Assembly: GCA_035945735.1 (NCBI GenBank)
Contig: DASYZY010000123.1
Location: 1-44,540, forward strand
DNA length: 44,540 nt
Reading direction: 5' to 3'
From: Thermoplasmata archaeon
Lineage (GTDB): Archaea > Thermoplasmatota > Thermoplasmata > Lutacidiplasmatales > UBA184
Below, piece after piece: positions 1 to 10,408 of this stretch (positions are counted from its first letter, which is position 1; the number at the start of each line of letters is the position of its first letter). The translations under genes and the position numbers were made by a program. The notes below the pieces were generated by a model that was given only the letters and a program-made list of their open reading frames with translations, did not search any database and was not told where the DNA came from.

Positions 1-349
1 TGAGCCGCACCGTGGTGGCTCTGCGGCTCGAGCAGTACTCCGCCGTCCTCCTCGAGGCGTACGACCGGCTCGATGCCTCGCTCCGGCGCCACCGCGGCAC
101 CCCGCTCGACGAGGTCGACCGCCCGCCGGCGGGCGCGAGCCCGCTCGCGCCGGCGGACCGCCGCCGCTACCGGCGCCTCGCCACGCGCCTCACGCAGCTC
201 CACCTGCACGCGCTTCGCCTGGAGAGCGGCAGCTGGCTCCGCTGGGACTTCTGGCGGAGCCTCGAGGCCTCCCGCCGCTGGTTCTTCCGCCGTCTCGACT
301 CCCTCCTGGGGGAGGTCGACTCGGATCTGACGCTCCTGGAGAGATCGCG

Positions 350-353
<4 letters not shown>
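1..353 (+). CDS. hypothetical protein, 5'-truncated at window edge
   Basis: The frame is open to the window edge. The stop TGA at 351-353 overlaps the ATG of the downstream MoxR gene (ATGA). The C-terminal tail ...VDSDLTLLERSR resembles the tail ...VDSELTRLERAS of the 38489..38896 product in the second MoxR operon. Confidence 0.4.
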
Positions 354-1387
<1,034 letters not shown>

Positions 1388-1399
1388 GCGCGCGAGATC

Positions 1400-2710
1400 G
1401 TGATCGCCCCCCGCGGCCACCTCGCGCTCGCCGCCACGCTCGCGGCGCTGCTCCTCGCCGCGTTCACGCTCGAGCTCCTGCTGCTGCTCGCGAGCACCGT
1501 CGCCTTCGCTCTCGTCGCCGGCGAGATCGTACGGTTCCACCGGGCGCGCCCGGGCGCCGACCAGTTCGCGGCGGTGCGCGAGGAGCACCCCGGCGTTCTC
1601 TCCCCCGGCCACGAGGCGTTCACCCAGGTCTCGGTCCGCTACGTCGGAGCGGCGCCCGTGCTCGCGGCCGTGCAGGACCTGCTGCCTCAGGCGCTCGCGC
1701 CGGCCGGCCCGCCTCCGGCCGCCGTCCGCTGGTGGGCGCCGGGCGTCCGAAGGCGGCTGCGCTCGCGGCTTCACTCCGGATCGCGAGGAAGCCACGTCGT
1801 CGGGCCCGTGGCGGTGACGCTGTGGAGCCCGCGCCGCCTCGCCTGGGCGCAGCTCCTGTTCTCCGAGACGCGCGCGCCGGTCAAGGTCGTGCCCCCGGCG
1901 CCGATCGAGCACGCGCAGCGTATTGGTCCCGCCCTGTTCACCCGGGTGCAGGGGCGGCTCGCCCTGCGGCACCGCGGCTTCGGCAGCGAGTTCCGATCGC
2001 TCCGGCCGTACCAGACCGACGACGATCTCCGCCACGTCGCCTGGCAGCGGAGCCGGCCCGGCCAGTGGTACGTCCGGGAGTTCGAGCAGGAGAGCCGCCA
2101 GGACTTCCTGCTCGCGCTCGACGTGACGCCGGCGATGCTCGCCGGGCTCCCCGGTGAGAACGCGCTGGACCGGGCCGTGGAGGCCGCGAGCCTCGTGACC
2201 GCGGTGGTGGCCCGCAGCGGCGAGGACCGGGTCGGTCTGACCACGGGCACCGACAAGATCCGCCAGTACCTGCGCCCGTCGCGCGGAGCGCGCCACTTCC
2301 GGCTCCTGGCCGAGAACCTGGCCTACCTGCGCACCGAAGAGGGGAGCTTCGCCTTGCCGGCGCTCCTGGAGGGGCTCACCGCGCGGCTGCGCACGAACTC
2401 CCATGTCCTGCTCTTCTCCTCGCTGCGGGGCCCGCTCGACGGTCTCCACCTGGCGCACGCGCGCTTCCGACACCGCGGCCACCACCTCTACGCGTTCCTC
2501 CCACAGGAGGCCGCGTTCTACCCCGAGGGGGAGCCCTCCGTGGCGGCCCGCGCCCTGGCCTGGGCCCGCACCGAGGAGCAGGACCGGTCGGCGCGCCTGC
2601 AATCGGAGCTGCGCGCCGAGGGGATCCCGGTCTTCCCCTACGACCGCCGCGGCGCCAGCGGCCGCGTGCTCGAGACCTACTCGCAGCTCCGGGCCTGGGG
2701 GCTCGCATGA
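1400..2710 (+). CDS. DUF58 (VWA-like) domain protein, MoxR partner
   Basis: It has an N-terminal TM hairpin. The DUF58 signature is present: FRSLRPYQTDDDLRHVAWQRSRPGQWYVREFEQE. It lies immediately downstream of moxR, the canonical arrangement. Confidence 0.85.
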   Translation: MIAPRGHLALAATLAALLLAAFTLELLLLLASTVAFALVAGEIVRFHRARPGADQFAAVREEHPGVLSPGHEAFTQVSVRYVGAAPVLAAVQDLLPQALAPAGPPPAAVRWWAPGVRRRLRSRLHSGSRGSHVVGPVAVTLWSPRRLAWAQLLFSETRAPVKVVPPAPIEHAQRIGPALFTRVQGRLALRHRGFGSEFRSLRPYQTDDDLRHVAWQRSRPGQWYVREFEQESRQDFLLALDVTPAMLAGLPGENALDRAVEAASLVTAVVARSGEDRVGLTTGTDKIRQYLRPSRGARHFRLLAENLAYLRTEEGSFALPALLEGLTARLRTNSHVLLFSSLRGPLDGLHLAHARFRHRGHHLYAFLPQEAAFYPEGEPSVAARALAWARTEEQDRSARLQSELRAEGIPVFPYDRRGASGRVLETYSQLRAWGLA

Positions 2711-3537
2711 GACCCGGCCACGACCCGCTGGGTCGGCTGGCGCTCCCGGTGCTCGCGTACCTCAGCGTCGTGAGCCTCGCCGCGCTCGGGAGCGCTGGCG
2801 CGGCCTTCGTCGTCGGCCTCCTCCTCGCGGCGACACCGCTCGTCCTCGTGCGGTTCCCGGAGCGCGCTCCCTCGATCGCGCTGCTCCCGCTCGTCGCGAT
2901 GGGCGCGGTCCTGGTGGGCGGGATCACCTCCGGCTTTCTCCTCGTCGCGCCGTGGGATGCGCTTCTGGGAGGGATCCTCTGTGGCCTTCCCCTCGGCGTG
3001 CTCGGCGTCCTGCAGACCGGCCTTGGAGATCCCACGTCCCGGTTCCTTCTCCTCGTCGCGGCGCTCTGGGAGGGCCTCGGACTGCGGGCGGCCGGCGGGA
3101 GCTCGCCGGGCGCGATGGGGGGCGGCTTCCTCCGGGTCCAGCTCCAGCAGGTCGGCGGGCTCGGGGCCTGGTCCGGCGGAGCGGGCTCACCGATACTCCC
3201 GCTCGCCTCGGTCAATGACCCGATCTTCCTGGGCCTCGCCCTGCTCGCCCTCGGGGGCGCGCTCCTGGCGATGCTGCGGAGCCCCGTCACCGACGGGATC
3301 GTCGCCGCCCAACGCGAGGGCGACCTATGGCTCGTCGTCGCCGCGCTCGCCGCCGGCGCGCTCTTCGAGGTGCTGGCCCTGGGGGCGCCCCGCTTCGCGC
3401 TGCTCGGACTCGCGCTCGCGGTCGTGGTCCTCGTGGGAGCGCTGCTGCTCGTCGGGAGCCGACGCGGTTCCGCGTGGCTCGCGCGGCTCCTCCGGCGGCT
3501 CGGCCGCGGCCGGCTCTCCTCGAACCTCCCCGACTAA
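2707..3537 (+). CDS. polytopic membrane protein, hypothetical
   Basis: Start overlaps the DUF58 stop (ATGA). Multiple hydrophobic helices run throughout 276 aa. Confidence 0.6.
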   Translation: MRPGHDPLGRLALPVLAYLSVVSLAALGSAGAAFVVGLLLAATPLVLVRFPERAPSIALLPLVAMGAVLVGGITSGFLLVAPWDALLGGILCGLPLGVLGVLQTGLGDPTSRFLLLVAALWEGLGLRAAGGSSPGAMGGGFLRVQLQQVGGLGAWSGGAGSPILPLASVNDPIFLGLALLALGGALLAMLRSPVTDGIVAAQREGDLWLVVAALAAGALFEVLALGAPRFALLGLALAVVVLVGALLLVGSRRGSAWLARLLRRLGRGRLSSNLPD

Positions 3538-3570
3538 GTACCGGGCCAGCGCCTCTCCGCACCGTCGGGG

Positions 3571-4824
3571 ATGGCGGCGTTCGTTTCTACCGAGGCATTC
3601 GACTCGCTGCTGTTCATCTTCATCCTGCTGGCCTTCGCCGAGCTCGTCGGCTCGCTCGCCCAGCGCTACCGCTTCCCGCCGCTCGTCGCGGAGGTGCTGG
3701 TGGGCGTCGTGCTCAGCTCGTTTGCGATCGGCGGTATCGTCGACGGGCTCCTGCACTCGACGCTGTTCAACGTCACCCCGTACGTCCTGCTCTTCGCGGA
3801 CTTCTCCGTCATCCTCGTGATCTTCGCCGCCGGCGTCGAGGGCGGCTTCGCCTCGCTCCGCAGCGCCGGCTGGCAGGGGATCGCCTCCGCCCTCGGCGGA
3901 GGGCTCCTGTCCTTTGCGCTCGCCACGGTCGCCGTGGCGCACTTCTACTCGCTCCAGACCGCGCTCTTGGTCGGCGTGGCCGTGGGGCCGACCAGCACGG
4001 CGGTCGTGGCCTATCTCATCCGGTCCGGCGAGGTCGCCGGCGGCGCCGGCGGTCAGTTCCTGCTCGCGGTCTCGGCGATCGACGACGTCGCCGGCCTCAT
4101 CCTGCTCTCGGTCGTCCTCACCTCGATCGGGGGCAGCTTCAACCCGATCGCGGTGACCGGCGGGATCGTCTTCGCCGTCGTCGCCTGGGTCGTCATCCTG
4201 CTCGCCTCGGTGTTCGTCGTGCCGCGCCTGTTCCGGCTGCCGGGCTTCCGGCAGTCGCGCGAGATGCCCTTCCTCGTGCTGTTCGTGCTCGTCGCCATCG
4301 TCGCCGCGCTCGGCTTCTCGGTGGTGGTCGGCGCGTTCATCGCCGGGCTCGCGCTCGCCGAGACGCTCCGGAACTCCGGCGCCCGTCAGCTCTCCGACGC
4401 CCTGCTGGCGCTGTTCGGTCCGCTGTTCTTCGTGGTGATCGGCGTGCAGTTCGATGTCGGGCTCCTGCTCAACCCTCGCCTGCTGCTGCTCGCCGGCCTC
4501 CTCACGTCGATCGCGATCCTGGGCAAGCTCCTGGGGATCCTGCCGTTCGCCTACGCCCGGTTCCGCAGCCTCCGCGCCGCGCTCCCGGTCGCCGTGGGCG
4601 CGATGCCCCGCGGTGAGATCGGGCTCATCGTGGGCTCGATCGGGGTGTCGCTCGGACTGTTCGGGAGCGCGCTGTTCGGCGCGATCGTGCTGATGGCGCT
4701 CATCACGACCTTCGTGGGCGGCTACCTCTTCCCGTATCTCGTCGGCCAGGGGTCCCCGCTCGCCGCATCGCGGGAGGTGCCGGAGCCGGCGGCGCCCGAG
4801 CCGTCCGCCGAGTCCGAAAGCTGA
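3571..4824 (+). CDS. cation:proton antiporter (CPA2 / Kef-NapA-like Na+/H+ exchanger family)
   Basis: 417 aa with about 11-12 TM segments. The N-terminus FIFILLAFAELVGSLAQRYRFPPLVAEVLVGVVLS is typical of Na_H_Exchanger family proteins. Confidence 0.75.
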   Translation: MAAFVSTEAFDSLLFIFILLAFAELVGSLAQRYRFPPLVAEVLVGVVLSSFAIGGIVDGLLHSTLFNVTPYVLLFADFSVILVIFAAGVEGGFASLRSAGWQGIASALGGGLLSFALATVAVAHFYSLQTALLVGVAVGPTSTAVVAYLIRSGEVAGGAGGQFLLAVSAIDDVAGLILLSVVLTSIGGSFNPIAVTGGIVFAVVAWVVILLASVFVVPRLFRLPGFRQSREMPFLVLFVLVAIVAALGFSVVVGAFIAGLALAETLRNSGARQLSDALLALFGPLFFVVIGVQFDVGLLLNPRLLLLAGLLTSIAILGKLLGILPFAYARFRSLRAALPVAVGAMPRGEIGLIVGSIGVSLGLFGSALFGAIVLMALITTFVGGYLFPYLVGQGSPLAASREVPEPAAPEPSAESES

Positions 4825-4879
4825 GCCCGGTCGGAGTCGACCTGGTCCGAGCCCTCGCAAGACGCTCCCGGTGCCGCGG

Positions 4880-4927
4880 TGAATATATCTGGTAACATGT
4901 ATATACACCAGTGACGATACATGGTTC
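4880..4927 (+). promoter_or_regulatory. AT-rich promoter/operator upstream of the ArsR operon (TATA-like element, probably leaderless)
   Basis: This is the only AT-rich patch in the area. TATATA at 4900-4905 lies inside the 8-bp palindrome GTATATAC (4899-4906), about 23-28 nt upstream of the GTG start at 4928. A flanking inverted repeat is CTGGT (4889-4893) / ACCAG (4907-4911). Confidence 0.45.
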
Positions 4928-5257
4928 GTGAGCGTCGACGTCTTCGCCCTCCTCGCCGACCCGATGCGGCGGCGGATGGTGGAGATCCTGCACGATGGGG
5001 AGCGGTCGGTCAACGAGATCGTGGCGAAGGTCCGCCTCCGCCAATCCGGCGTCTCCCGTCACCTTCGCATCCTCTACGAGGCGGGGTTCGTCCAGGTGCG
5101 ATCGGACGGCCAGCGGCGCATCTACTCCCTCCGCCCCGATCGCTTCCGGGATCTGGAGGCCTGGATGCGAAGTTACGCGTACGACCAGCTCGGCCGCCTC
5201 GAGCGGCTGTCGAAGCTGGTCGATACACCCATCAAGAACCAGGAACGGAAACCATGA
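4928..5257 (+). CDS. ArsR/SmtB-family winged-helix transcriptional regulator
   Basis: FALLADPMRRRMVEILHDGERSVNEIVAKVRLRQSGVSRHLRILYEAGFV matches the ArsR HTH pattern. 109 aa. Confidence 0.9.
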   Translation: MSVDVFALLADPMRRRMVEILHDGERSVNEIVAKVRLRQSGVSRHLRILYEAGFVQVRSDGQRRIYSLRPDRFRDLEAWMRSYAYDQLGRLERLSKLVDTPIKNQERKP

Positions 5258-5730
5258 CGACCCCCACCGGCGCCGCAGCGAACCCCGAGCGCGAACTCGT
5301 CCTCGAACACCGCTTCAACGCCCCCGCCGCGAAGGTGTTCGCCGCCTACACGGACCCGAAGTTGATCCCCAAGTGGTGGGCCCAAGCTGGCGGCTCCTTC
5401 CGGGTCGACGTGATGGAGGTACGTACCGGCGGCCGCTGGCGATTCGTCGAGCGACGGCCCGATGGCCGGGAGGTGGCCTTCAGTGGCCAGTACCTCGAGG
5501 TCCACCCGGTCACCCGCCTGGTGTACACCTTCCAGGTGGAAGGTCAACCCGGTAGCGAGCTCACCGCCGCCGTCGACCTGCACGAGTCCGCCGGCGTCAC
5601 CCGGCTCAAGCTCACGAGCACCTTCCCTACCAAGGAGATTCGTGACGCCATGCTGAGCTACGGGGCGGCGGCGGGTGCGCGAGCGAGCTGGGAGCGGCTC
5701 GCCGAGGCCATCGGGGGGGTCCGGACATGA
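5254..5730 (+). CDS. SRPBCC-superfamily protein (AHSA1/START-like)
   Basis: The internal ATG at 5254 overlaps the ArsR stop (ATGA). LVLEHRFNAPAAKVFAAYTDPKLIPKWW...GGRWRF...G.YLEVHPVTRLVYTF is typical of Aha1-like SRPBCC proteins, which commonly pair with ArsR. Confidence 0.8.
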   Translation: MTTPTGAAANPERELVLEHRFNAPAAKVFAAYTDPKLIPKWWAQAGGSFRVDVMEVRTGGRWRFVERRPDGREVAFSGQYLEVHPVTRLVYTFQVEGQPGSELTAAVDLHESAGVTRLKLTSTFPTKEIRDAMLSYGAAAGARASWERLAEAIGGVRT

Positions 5731-6197
5731 CGCCTGGGGTGAAGGGCGCCCGGAAGACCGGCGCCGAGAGCGCCGGGATGACCGCCGACGAGAGGGCGGC
5801 GGTCAAGGAGTACATGCGAGAGCGGCGGGCCGCGTCCCGCCGCCGAGCGGCCGCCAGCCCGGAGGAAGGGGAGCGGGAGGTGCTGGCCAAGATCGCCGGA
5901 ATGCCAGAACCGGATCGCAGCAAGGGCCAACGGATCCACGCCATCGTCCGGGCGAACGCCCCGAGCCTGGTGTGCCGGACCTGGTACGGGATGCCCGCCT
6001 ACGCCAACAGCGAGGGCGACGTCGTCTGCTTCTTCCAGGACGCGGCGAAGTTCAAGACGCGCTACGCGACGCTCGGCTTCAGCGACTCGGCGAACTTGGA
6101 CGACGGGGGGTTCTGGCCGGTGGGGTTCGCGGTTCACGAGCTGAACTCCGCCATCGAGGCCCGCATCGCCGCCTTGGTGAAGCGGGCCGTGGGCTGA
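5727..6197 (+). CDS. DUF1801 (YdhG-like) domain protein
   Basis: Start overlaps the previous stop (ATGA). WYGMPAYANSEGDVVCFFQDAAKFKTRYATLGF resembles DUF1801 proteins, which are usual in ArsR-SRPBCC clusters. Confidence 0.6.
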   Translation: MTPGVKGARKTGAESAGMTADERAAVKEYMRERRAASRRRAAASPEEGEREVLAKIAGMPEPDRSKGQRIHAIVRANAPSLVCRTWYGMPAYANSEGDVVCFFQDAAKFKTRYATLGFSDSANLDDGGFWPVGFAVHELNSAIEARIAALVKRAVG

Positions 6198-6493
6198 CCG
6201 GCGGGGGACGAGACGCCCCCGGGGCCGGCGCGCCTGTACCGGAGGTCGTAGGCGCCGATACGGAATACCGTCGTCGACGGGCCCCAGTTCCGGGCCGGAG
6301 GCGCTCGAGTCGGGGCGGGCGAAGTCGAGGGTCGCCGCGGCACTTTTTTCGAGAGAAAATGCGCCCCGGATTAACTAGGGGAGCGCGGGTCCGTCGGGCG
6401 ATGCCGACCCCCAAGCGCCTGCAAGACGCGAACCCTTCCTGCCGTCACGCTGAAACGGAGAGAGGAACGGAGGAACGATACCGATCGTCCTCG

Positions 6494-9064
6494 ATGGCGC
6501 TCGGGTTCGCAGTCTTCGCGAGCCTAGCCCTGCTCGCCGTCTTCGCTCAACCGTCCATCGGCGCGACGGGCTCCGGGTCCGGAGCCGGACCGCTGCCGGG
6601 ATGGACAAGCGCGCCCTCCCACGGTCTCCCGAGCCCGGCGGTCCCGGCCCGAACTGCCGGCCCACGAGCCGGGTCGGCCGGGTGGGAGAACGCGACACCC
6701 TCCGTGCTCCCCAGCCTCCGATACGGCCAGGCCGTCGCATACGACTCCGGCGACGGCTACCTCGTGCTGTTCGGGGGCCTCGCGGCTCCGCCGTCGGGCG
6801 GATACCTGAACGACACGTGGATCTACCAGAACGGGAGCTGGACAAACGTCTCCGCCTCGGTCGGCCCCGCACCGCCGGCCCGCGCTTACGCGAGCCTCGT
6901 CTCCGACGCACGGGACGGGTACCTCGTCCTTGTGGGAGGCACCTGCGTCAAGGGCAACTTCTGCAACGACACGTGGGAGTTCTCCGGGGGCCAGTGGCAC
7001 GCCGGGGGCGCAGCGCCGATCAATCCCGGTTCCAGCGACACCGTCGCGGTGTACGACTCGACTGACGGCTACCTCCTCATGGCGGACTGCGCGACCCACG
7101 CCGCCCACCGGTTCAGCGCGGGCGTCTGGTCCAGCGTCCCGGGCACCACGCCCCGCGGCTGCAGTCCTGCCATGTCGGACGACCCGGCGAACCACGGGGT
7201 CCTCTTCGATGGGGGGGAACAGGGCGGCTACTACGGCGGCACGTGGCTGTACTCGTCGGGGAACTGGACGAATGTGACCGCTACCTCGGGCCCAATGGAC
7301 AACCTGTCCTTCGCCCTGTCCGAGAGCATCGCGGCTTACGACCCCCAGCTCGGGGCCGTCCTTCAACTGAGCCCGGCGGGCTACCGCATCGGCTCGAGCG
7401 GGCTCGGGACCACGTTCACGTACACGTACAACAGCACATGGACGAACATCACGGGACCCGTGGCTCCCCCTTGGGACAGCTATCCGGGCCTCGCCTGGGA
7501 CCCGTCGGCCGGCGGGGTCGTCCTCGTCGATCTGGAGGCCTCACCGAGCCTCTGGATCTTCACCGCGCACCCGGCGATCGTCGACGCCGCCGCGAAGGCC
7601 ACGCTCGCGGTCGCGGACGTGGGGATCGTCGACACCTTTGCCGCGACGTTCTACGGGGGCACCGGACCGTTCGGCTACTCCTGGAGCTTCGGGGATGGGA
7701 CGACCGGGACGGGGGCCAGCCCCGCGCATGCGTACTCCGCGCTGGGGACCTACACCGTGACCGTCCAGATCACCGACAGCGCCGGGGACTCTGCCACCGC
7801 CTCGACCACGGTCCAGGTGGTGCAGGACCTCGTCGCCGCTCCCTCGGCGCTACCGAACCCCACCGAAGTGGGGCTCTCGACCCAGTTCTCGGCCGGGCTT
7901 TCGGGAGGCGTCGCCCCGGAGCAGTACGGTTGGGCGTTCGGAGACGGGAGCACAAGCGCGACCGCCGGTCCGAGCCATACCTACAGCAAGGCGGGCAAGT
8001 TCGTCGTCAACCTGTCCGCGTCCGATTCGGTCGGGAGCCGGGCCAACGCCAGCTTCGGCCTCGTAGTGGACCCGGCACTCTCCGTTTCGCTCTCGGTGAA
8101 TCCGGCGGCCCCCGATCTCGGTCAGCTGACCAACTTCACCGCCAATGTCACGGGCGGCGTGGGGGCCTACCGGTACAGCTGGGTCTTCGGCGATGGAGGC
8201 ACGGGGGGTAACCTGAGCCGCATCGCCCACGTCTACACCACCGACGGCCCGTTCACGGCCGCGGTCACGGTACGAGATGGTGCGGGAGCGATCACCAGCG
8301 CCACGGCGACCTTGAACATCGCGCTGAACCTGAGCATCGTCGGAAGCTGGTCGATGGGTGCGGCCCCCTTGCCGGTCTCCTTCGGAAGCCATGTCCAGGG
8401 CGGCCGACCGGGCTATGCCTACTACTGGGAGTTCGGGGACGGGGCCACGAGCTCTCTGCCCTCCCCGGCCCACACCTACGCCCAGGCCGGGTTCTACCAA
8501 GCGACCTTGACGGTGACCGACGCCGCGGGAACGACGGCGCAGGCCATCTGGCCGTTGTACATCGCGGCCGGCGGAGAACCGCTGGGAGTCGCGGTCGTGG
8601 CGGCCCCGTCGCAGGTAGCGGTCGGAGGCGTGTTCGTCGTCTCCGCCCAGCCCGCCGGCGGCGTGGGTGGCTACGCCCTTCACTGGTCGACGGGAGCCGC
8701 CGTCTGCGCGGCGACCGGCATCGCGAGCGAACGCTGCACGGAGGGATCGGCCGGGCAGTACACCCTCTCCGTGGTCGTGACCGATGGCGCCGGGCAGCAG
8801 GCGCAGGGAAGCTCCGTCGTAGCGGCGGGGGGTCCGATCACCAGCGGGATCCACCCCACCCCGGCGAACGGCCTCCCGTCGCTCACCGTGGCGCTGCTCG
8901 GGGTGGCGGCGGGAGCGGCCGTGGCGCTCGGCGGCGTCGCGATCGCCCAGCGCATCCGACTCCGACGCTCCGCCCCTGAGGAGAAGGGACCGCCGGCGAG
9001 CCCCCCCGAGAACGGCGGCCCCGACTCGGGAGAGGGAGCGGATCCGTTCGAGGATCTGATCTAG
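6494..9064 (+). CDS. large cell-surface protein: signal peptide, Kelch-type repeats, at least 4 PKD repeats, C-terminal TM anchor
   Basis: The start is at the internal ATG (MALGFAVFASLALLAVFAQPSIGA, a signal peptide). Kelch-like units are present (DGYLVLFGG...NDTWIY; DGYLVLVGG...NDTWEF). PKD units include FGDGTTGTGASPAHAYSALGTYTVTVQITDSAGDSATAS. The TM segment LTVALLGVAAGAAVALGGVAIA is followed by QRIRLRR. There are many N-x-S/T sequons. Confidence 0.85.
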   Translation: MALGFAVFASLALLAVFAQPSIGATGSGSGAGPLPGWTSAPSHGLPSPAVPARTAGPRAGSAGWENATPSVLPSLRYGQAVAYDSGDGYLVLFGGLAAPPSGGYLNDTWIYQNGSWTNVSASVGPAPPARAYASLVSDARDGYLVLVGGTCVKGNFCNDTWEFSGGQWHAGGAAPINPGSSDTVAVYDSTDGYLLMADCATHAAHRFSAGVWSSVPGTTPRGCSPAMSDDPANHGVLFDGGEQGGYYGGTWLYSSGNWTNVTATSGPMDNLSFALSESIAAYDPQLGAVLQLSPAGYRIGSSGLGTTFTYTYNSTWTNITGPVAPPWDSYPGLAWDPSAGGVVLVDLEASPSLWIFTAHPAIVDAAAKATLAVADVGIVDTFAATFYGGTGPFGYSWSFGDGTTGTGASPAHAYSALGTYTVTVQITDSAGDSATASTTVQVVQDLVAAPSALPNPTEVGLSTQFSAGLSGGVAPEQYGWAFGDGSTSATAGPSHTYSKAGKFVVNLSASDSVGSRANASFGLVVDPALSVSLSVNPAAPDLGQLTNFTANVTGGVGAYRYSWVFGDGGTGGNLSRIAHVYTTDGPFTAAVTVRDGAGAITSATATLNIALNLSIVGSWSMGAAPLPVSFGSHVQGGRPGYAYYWEFGDGATSSLPSPAHTYAQAGFYQATLTVTDAAGTTAQAIWPLYIAAGGEPLGVAVVAAPSQVAVGGVFVVSAQPAGGVGGYALHWSTGAAVCAATGIASERCTEGSAGQYTLSVVVTDGAGQQAQGSSVVAAGGPITSGIHPTPANGLPSLTVALLGVAAGAAVALGGVAIAQRIRLRRSAPEEKGPPASPPENGGPDSGEGADPFEDLI

Positions 9065-9209
9065 GCGACCCCGCAGGCTCGCGTGACGGGCGCCAAAGCC
9101 ACGGTCCGAGATCGGCCGACCGGTCCCGGACCCCGTCCCCGGGGGCGGAGACCGCTCTGAACGCTCAATGGCCCGACCGTGCTGGGTCCGATGAGGAGGC
9201 CCACTCGGA

Positions 9210-10250
9210 GTGAGGGCGCTGCATCCGGCCGAGGCCCGGGTAACCCAAGCGCTCTTGGCCGGTGACTCGGCCGCTGACCTGGTCGACCGGCTACCCCGTC
9301 GCACTCGGCAGACGGTCCTCCGGAGGATCGAGGCGTGGGGCTGGCTGGTCGATCGTCAGGTCCCCGTTGCGGCCTGCGTCGAGTCGCCCGTGCTCGCCTT
9401 CGTCGTGGCGCGTGCATATGCGGAACGGTCCCGAGAGCTCGAGCGTCTGTGGCAAAGCTCGCCGGCTACCGTCCATGCCTGGACATCTGGAGGAGGCTCG
9501 TTCGGCGTGTTCGCCGCGGGCTCTCGCTCCGAGCTCCAAACCCTGGGAAGGAGCAGCGTGCCGGATGAGCTCGGTCGCACGGACCTCTGCCTGAGCGCGG
9601 ACCTACGGTTGGGGGAGGTGCTCGCCTACTTCGACTTCGAAGGTGCGTGGGCCCGCATCGCCCATCTCGATGGGGTTCGCGCCTATCCACGGGGGATCTC
9701 ACAGGCGCACCGCCCAACCGACCGGTCCGGCCCGGTGGGCGAACCTTCCGAGCACGTCCGCCGGGCGGTGGGACTTCACGTGAATCAGTTCGAGGACGCG
9801 CTCCGTGAGCAGTCGAGGGACGCCCTCGACAGGCTTCGCGCCGACTCCCACGCAACGAGATTGACCCAACAAGGATGGGTGCAGAGACGAAGCTTCCTCG
9901 ACCCCTCGGCGGTGGCTCGGGTCGTCACGAACTTTCCAGCCCAGATCGTGCTAGTGTGGGGTACGCCGGCTCCGCGCGCGGAGTTGGGAGAGCTGTTTCC
10001 AGATCTCCTGGGCCACGTTCGTTCGGCGCCGTTCCTCTTTGTCGCCTCGCCCTCGGGGGTGCTGGCCGGGTTCCTCAGCCGACCCGTGAATTACCCGGGA
10101 GCATCGGGCCGGGGCATGCTCGAGCTCCTACGAAAGTACCTGGTCCGGATCGAGTCGTCTCGGCTAGCCATCTCCTCGCTCCGCACCATTGTCCAGCACC
10201 GCTACAGCGCGCTACTGCGCCGCCCGCCGGAGGTGGCCGACTCCGACTAG
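9210..10250 (+). CDS. hypothetical protein with N-terminal HTH-like segment (possible regulator)
   Basis: 346-aa ORF with a GTG start. The N-terminal LVDRLPRRTRQTVLRRIEAWGWLV looks like a wHTH. I recognise no family. It lies just outside attL. Confidence 0.5.
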   Translation: MRALHPAEARVTQALLAGDSAADLVDRLPRRTRQTVLRRIEAWGWLVDRQVPVAACVESPVLAFVVARAYAERSRELERLWQSSPATVHAWTSGGGSFGVFAAGSRSELQTLGRSSVPDELGRTDLCLSADLRLGEVLAYFDFEGAWARIAHLDGVRAYPRGISQAHRPTDRSGPVGEPSEHVRRAVGLHVNQFEDALREQSRDALDRLRADSHATRLTQQGWVQRRSFLDPSAVARVVTNFPAQIVLVWGTPAPRAELGELFPDLLGHVRSAPFLFVASPSGVLAGFLSRPVNYPGASGRGMLELLRKYLVRIESSRLAISSLRTIVQHRYSALLRRPPEVADSD

Positions 10251-10322
10251 CTGGTGACTCGGATCTGCCTTTGCTTGGATCGGAGCTCGAAGTGGCGAAT
10301 CTACACGCGGGTAGCGCCGATG

Positions 10323-10339
10323 GGAGTGCGGGCACCGGG
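10323..10339. repeat. attL core: 17-bp perfect direct repeat GGAGTGCGGGCACCGGG
   Basis: Identical to 28777-28793, which covers the 3'-terminal 13 nt of tRNA-Gly plus 4 nt. Extended similarity is 30/36 over 10311-10346 versus 28765-28800. Confidence 0.8.
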
Positions 10340-10408
10340 GTTCGAGGACTGAACCTCGGGAGCCTTGCCTACCTCGACCCCGGTTTGCTACTTCGCGAGG
10401 GGCCTTGA

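Noticed and set aside
3325-5013. 562-aa minus-strand ORF and 429-aa plus-strand ORF (3327..4616) overlapping the antiporter gene
   Set aside because: The products are Arg/Asp/Glu/Gly-rich with no hydrophobic core. The 3571..4824 frame encodes a clean 11-12 TM transporter.
5675-6493. N-terminal 273 codons of the 1129-aa ORF 5675..9064
   Set aside because: This part overlaps the SRPBCC and DUF1801 genes in another frame and is Arg/Gly-rich. A proper signal peptide begins at the internal ATG at 6494, downstream of the non-coding gap that follows the DUF1801 stop at 6197.
10327-10370. Possible second tRNA or tRNA fragment at attL
   Set aside because: Only the 13-nt acceptor/T-stem 3' segment is shared with tRNA-Gly. 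The adjacent sequence is a degenerate T-loop-like stretch with no D or anticodon arms. I interpret it as the att duplicate, not a gene.
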